Below, in pieces: positions 60,159-64,000 of a DNA stretch of 64,000 nucleotides (the first letter of the stretch is position 1; each line of letters opens with the position of its first letter). Made by a program: the position numbers and the translations under genes. The stretch comes from Geopsychrobacteraceae bacterium (GTDB lineage Bacteria; Desulfobacterota; Desulfuromonadia; Desulfuromonadales; Geopsychrobacteraceae): contig CAXXTB010000001.1 in the NCBI GenBank assembly GCA_963676795.2, positions 640,001-704,000 of the forward strand. Reading direction: 5' to 3'. The notes beneath the pieces were generated by a model. The model saw only the letters and a program-made list of their open reading frames with translations, did no database searches and was not told where the DNA came from.

Positions 60159-62288
60159 ATGATTCATATGACGCATATGACAAAAATAACTGGTCTGTTC
60201 CTGATTATGCTGGTTCTCTGGACCGGGATGATGACCTTTGTTGTTTACACGGGCAAGTCTTTCGAACGGGACCTGGACCTGCATACTATGCTTCATCTCG
60301 GAGTCTGGCTTTGTGGTCTTGCCGCGTTGCTGGCAGGCTACTGGCTTTATCGTTGTTACCTCAAAGCTGAAATTCAGGCACTCTCGGAGAAAGAACTGGC
60401 AGATCTCAAGTACCGGACACTGTTTGAGGAATCGCTGCTTGGACTGGCGCTTGTTGACGCTGAATCGGGGCGGGTTGTCGAGTGCAATAAGGCCCTGGCC
60501 GAGCTTCTCCATAGCACACCGGAGAACATCCTCGGCGCGGCGGAGGTTCAGCTGTTCAACCCGGATGAGCCGGGAGCGCAGGGTTTCGCTGATCTTCAGG
60601 AGGCCTGTCTTGCCCTGAGCAGCGGGCCTGAGGTCTGGGTCGAACTCAAGCGCCAGAAAATCTTTCTGCCTGATAAACCGATGTGGCTGGTCAGCTTCCG
60701 GGATATCGGTGTGCGGGTTGCTTTTGAGAAAGAACGCAACGAACTGCTGACTCTTCTGAACAATCTGTCGAGGCAGATCCCCGGCGGGATCTTTCAGTTT
60801 GAGCAGGCACCCGACGGCAGGCAGCAGATCCGTTATGCCAGTTCCCAGGTCGGTGCACTGTTCGGCCTCAAGGAGGTCGAATCTTCAACCGATTTGTCTG
60901 CTGTTATGGCGAAAATTCATGCAGATGATCTGCAGGGGCTGCTGTTCTCGATCAATGTCTCTGCGATCAATCTCAGCCGTTGGGTTCACCAGTTCAGGGT
61001 TGACCGTCAGGATGGCCGGGTCTGTTGGCTGGAGGGGAGCAGTGTGCCGCGCAGACAGGAGGACGGCAGGATTGTCTGGTACGGATTTGTCTGGGATATC
61101 ACCGATAAGAAGGTGGATGAGGAGCAGCGGCTTCGGTTGGAGGAACGGCTTCGCCAGAAGGAGAAAATGGAGATTGTCGGGCTGCTGGCCGGAGGGATTG
61201 CGCACAATTTCAATAATAACCTGGCGATCATCCTGGGCAACCTGGAGATGGCCAGGTGTGAAGAGTTGGAGGTTCGGGAGCGCACTGAGCTGCTCGACAG
61301 TGCGCATATCGCGGCGCGGAGGGCCAGCGAGCTGATCCGCCAGATCATGAAATTCAGCCGCAAGGAAGAGCAGACCGAATGCCTCGACCTTGAAGAGCTG
61401 ATGACTGAAACGGTGACGTTGCTCAGGTCGACAATGCCGTCATCGCTGAGAATCGAGCTGCACATTGCGCAGTCGGGCCGTCAATACACTGTCCGCGGAA
61501 CTGCTGCACGGATCCAGGATCTGCTGCTCAATCTGGGGACCAATGCTCTTCACGCGATGGAGGAGAAGGGGATTTTGAGCCTCGCTCTGAACGAAGTCGT
61601 GCATCTGCCCGAGGGGATCGCCTCCAAGTCGGTCTCCAGGGACGGGGCGTTTGCCTGTATCTCCGTTGAGGATACCGGATCCGGGATGGACGAGCAGACC
61701 TTGGCAAAAATCTTTGACCCGTTTTTCACCACCAAAGGAGCCGGTAAGGGGACAGGGCTTGGGCTGGCAACGGTGAAGTCGACGGTGGAACAGTACCGGG
61801 GACAGATTACCGTCGAGAGCCAGCCCGGCAAGGGGACCCGCTTCAACATATATCTGCCTCTGTTGGATGGAGGACATGATTGTGAAGAGCAGGGGGGGGC
61901 GGAGGGGCTTCCCGGAACGGAAAGAGTCCTGATCGTTGACGATGAGCCGCTGGTCGGCCAGCTGGTCGGCAACATGCTCCGGGGGCTTGGCTACCAGATC
62001 ACTGTGCTGAGCGACAGTCAGAGCGCGCTGGAACTGTTTGAAAAAGATCCTGATGCTTTTGACCTGCTGATCAGCGATCAGGTGATGCCCGGTTTGACCG
62101 GTGCGGAGCTGGCCGAGCGCTTAAGGAAACTACGTGCCGAGTTGCCGGTGATTCTCTGCACCGGCTACAGTGCGGACGTCTCAACGGAGACGCTCGGCCA
62201 GTTCGCTATCGACGCCCTCTGCTACAAGCCGTTCGGCTTGGCTGAAATCTCCACGGCCATCAGGGATGTTCTGGACAGGGCCGTATAG
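60159..62288 (+). CDS. Hybrid histidine kinase (2TM-PAS-PAS-HisKA-HATPase-REC)
   Basis: AHNFNNNL, DTGSG, FFTTK, GTGLGL and REC LISDQVMP. Confidence 0.92.
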   Translation: MIHMTHMTKITGLFLIMLVLWTGMMTFVVYTGKSFERDLDLHTMLHLGVWLCGLAALLAGYWLYRCYLKAEIQALSEKELADLKYRTLFEESLLGLALVDAESGRVVECNKALAELLHSTPENILGAAEVQLFNPDEPGAQGFADLQEACLALSSGPEVWVELKRQKIFLPDKPMWLVSFRDIGVRVAFEKERNELLTLLNNLSRQIPGGIFQFEQAPDGRQQIRYASSQVGALFGLKEVESSTDLSAVMAKIHADDLQGLLFSINVSAINLSRWVHQFRVDRQDGRVCWLEGSSVPRRQEDGRIVWYGFVWDITDKKVDEEQRLRLEERLRQKEKMEIVGLLAGGIAHNFNNNLAIILGNLEMARCEELEVRERTELLDSAHIAARRASELIRQIMKFSRKEEQTECLDLEELMTETVTLLRSTMPSSLRIELHIAQSGRQYTVRGTAARIQDLLLNLGTNALHAMEEKGILSLALNEVVHLPEGIASKSVSRDGAFACISVEDTGSGMDEQTLAKIFDPFFTTKGAGKGTGLGLATVKSTVEQYRGQITVESQPGKGTRFNIYLPLLDGGHDCEEQGGAEGLPGTERVLIVDDEPLVGQLVGNMLRGLGYQITVLSDSQSALELFEKDPDAFDLLISDQVMPGLTGAELAERLRKLRAELPVILCTGYSADVSTETLGQFAIDALCYKPFGLAEISTAIRDVLDRAV

Positions 62289-62300
62289 TGACCGGAGTTT

Positions 62301-62975
62301 TTACCTTTTTCGCGTTTTTCTCCACTCCGGCCAGGCCTGTCTCAGCCACAGATACTGGTGAATCAGAGTCGTGCGCAGCCAGCCGTTGCGGGCATATTTT
62401 CTGGCGCTGGTCAGCAGCAGAGCCCTGGCCGGAAAGAGCCTTATTCCCTGCTGGCGAGCTTTCCAGACAAAGAGGTGATCTTCGCCATAAGGTTCTCCTT
62501 CAGGAAAGCCACCGAGCTTGACGAAAAGGTCTCGCTGCAGGCAGAACCCCTGATCGCCATAGGGCGTTTTCAGCAGCCGTGATCTCAACTGCGCTCCCAG
62601 TGCATTCAGCAGCATCAGCGGCGACGCGTCGGCAAGAAAGCGCAGATCGAAATAGATCAGGCTGTCCGGATGTTCTGTCATCGCCTGGCGTAGGCGCTCC
62701 AGGCTGTTGTCGGCGAGTCGTGAGTCGGCATGCAGAAACCACAGGAACTGACCCACTGCGGCCTTTGCGCCAGCATTCATCTGCTCGGCCCGCCCCTTTC
62801 GTGAGCTGAGCAGGCGCGGGGCGAGGGCAAGGTCATTCGGCATGTCAATGCTGCTCCCTTCCGCCCTGACCAGGATAATCTCAGTGTCGGCAGGAAGTGC
62901 CTGCAGCTCATGGAGCAGGTCGCTATGGGCGGTTTCCTGTTCCGCAACTGGAATAATGATCGATAATTGTGGCAC
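62301..62975 (-). CDS. Family 2 glycosyltransferase (TIGR04283-like)
   Basis: GRAEQMNAGA, FLHADS, PYGDQG, GGFP..P..ED and TSARKY. Confidence 0.88.
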   Translation of the reverse strand: MPQLSIIIPVAEQETAHSDLLHELQALPADTEIILVRAEGSSIDMPNDLALAPRLLSSRKGRAEQMNAGAKAAVGQFLWFLHADSRLADNSLERLRQAMTEHPDSLIYFDLRFLADASPLMLLNALGAQLRSRLLKTPYGDQGFCLQRDLFVKLGGFPEGEPYGEDHLFVWKARQQGIRLFPARALLLTSARKYARNGWLRTTLIHQYLWLRQAWPEWRKTRKR

Positions 62976-63195
62976 CCTTTGCTCTTTCGCTAATTTGGAC
63001 GGAAAAAATCAGGAGTTGATCTTCCCTTTGAAGCAGTCTTTCAGGTCGTCACCAAAACCTTTCGAGATAAACCGTACTTCCCCCTCCTTCTCAGGAAATG
63101 ATCTGTTTCAGATTCAACACAGTTTAACAGTGGGGGCAGTGTACGACAGCAGTTTTTTTCGGAAGCAGTCTTCAGAACTGTTGTTTTGAAAGGCG

Positions 63196-63350
63196 GGAGG
63201 CAGCAGGATGCTGCCTCCCCGGGATGACATGGACAAAAAACGTGACGCTACCTCCCCAGATATAGGGCATAAAGATGCCCATGTGTCACGGATACCTGGC
63301 CTGAAGTTCTTGCTCTGGAAATGGCCGGATCGAGTGTGTCCATGCTTCCC
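63196..63350 (-). ncRNA. Candidate structured small RNA followed by a GC-rich hairpin
   Basis: Closing stem GGGAAGCATGGACA/TGTCCATGTCATCCC enclosing two stems, followed by GGGAGGCAGCA-TCC-TGCTGCCTCCC. Confidence 0.35.
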
Positions 63351-63576
63351 TGAACTTTGTATTTCTGTATTCTGACGACAAGTCATGCTCGGTGTTCGGA
63401 ATGTCAAACAACCGGGAGTATCAGAGGTGGGATCATGCATTTAAAGCCGGTCTGCCTCTTTGAGCACTGATTCGTCACAAGGATATCGGCTAATCCGAAG
63501 ATTTCAAGCAGAGGCAAAAAAAATCGAATTATTATTTTTTAAGGGCTCTGCACAGCTTTTTCTTTTCGTCAGCCTG

Positions 63577-64000
63577 TTACGACGCGGCTTCGTCTGTCTT
63601 TTGTCCTGTTTCTTCCGCCTGTGCCAGGAGCGGAAAGCTGATCAGGAAGCGTGCACCATGTTCTGTCCTGTTTTCTACCTGAATTTTTCCCTGATGAAGA
63701 TCGATGATTTTCTGGGCCACGGCCAGACCTAGCCCTGTTCCATTGCTGCGTGTGGTGAAAAAAGGGTTGAACAGTTTGTTCAGAATTTCCGGGGCGATCC
63801 CTTTGCCGCTATCTTCAATCGCGATCTCAATTCTGTTGCTGCTGACGCGGGTTGTAATCCAGATTTCGCCATAGTTTTCGACCGCCTGTATGGCATTGAT
63901 GATCAGGTTGAGAAAGACCTGCTTGAGTTGCTCCCGATCGCCTTCAATCAGGGGCAGATCGGTCGCCAGATCGAGATGAATTGCGACTTTGCGGCTGTCG
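63577..64000 (-). CDS. Histidine kinase, C-terminal HATPase domain (partial)
   Basis: Manual translation: ...QLKQVFLNLIINAIQA...EDSGKGI...FNPFFTTRSNGTGLGLAVAQKII...EAAS*. Confidence 0.9.
   Translation of the reverse strand, partial: DSRKVAIHLDLATDLPLIEGDREQLKQVFLNLIINAIQAVENYGEIWITTRVSSNRIEIAIEDSGKGIAPEILNKLFNPFFTTRSNGTGLGLAVAQKIIDLHQGKIQVENRTEHGARFLISFPLLAQAEETGQKTDEAAS

Noticed and set aside
63114..63732. ORFs 63114-63440 (-) and 63460-63732 (+)
   Set aside because: Neither has motifs or a clear RBS; one crosses a strong hairpin and the other is antisense to the kinase 3' end.

Overview
Chromosomal window from a metal/sulfur-reducing deltaproteobacterium, inferred to be Desulfuromonadales from the Cbc cytochrome locus, the Geobacter-type nuo operon and the palindromic repeats. 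From left to right it holds: a partial cysteine synthase and a UbiD-family decarboxylase; a CbcBA-type bc-cytochrome locus with a heme-binding sensor kinase and a sigma-54 activator; signalling, ABC-2 transporter and Hsp33 genes; a complete nuoA-N operon with a HydB-like NuoF; and mltG, plsY and an IscU-like gene. Next come a LysR gene, a DUF3870-like gene and a ~16 kb catabolic operon. That operon encodes two cyclase-family hydrolases, an acetylene-hydratase/catechol-dehydroxylase-type Mo enzyme, a pyrogallol transhydroxylase-like AthL/BthL pair, a thiolase, a cupin, a 3-hydroxyacyl dehydrogenase, a BKACE, an SDR and a TRAP transporter. The window ends with chemotaxis and two-component genes. 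The strongest unexplained signal is the leader of the catabolic operon (36419-36708): two tandem copies of a structured RNA element with covarying stems, a possible pseudoknot and mutually exclusive terminator/antiterminator pairings. It is a candidate new riboswitch or protein-dependent attenuator, possibly read by the adjacent DUF3870-like protein, controlling a putative anaerobic polyhydroxy-aromatic (phloroglucinol-type) pathway. All family assignments come from motif recognition by eye; no database searches were run.
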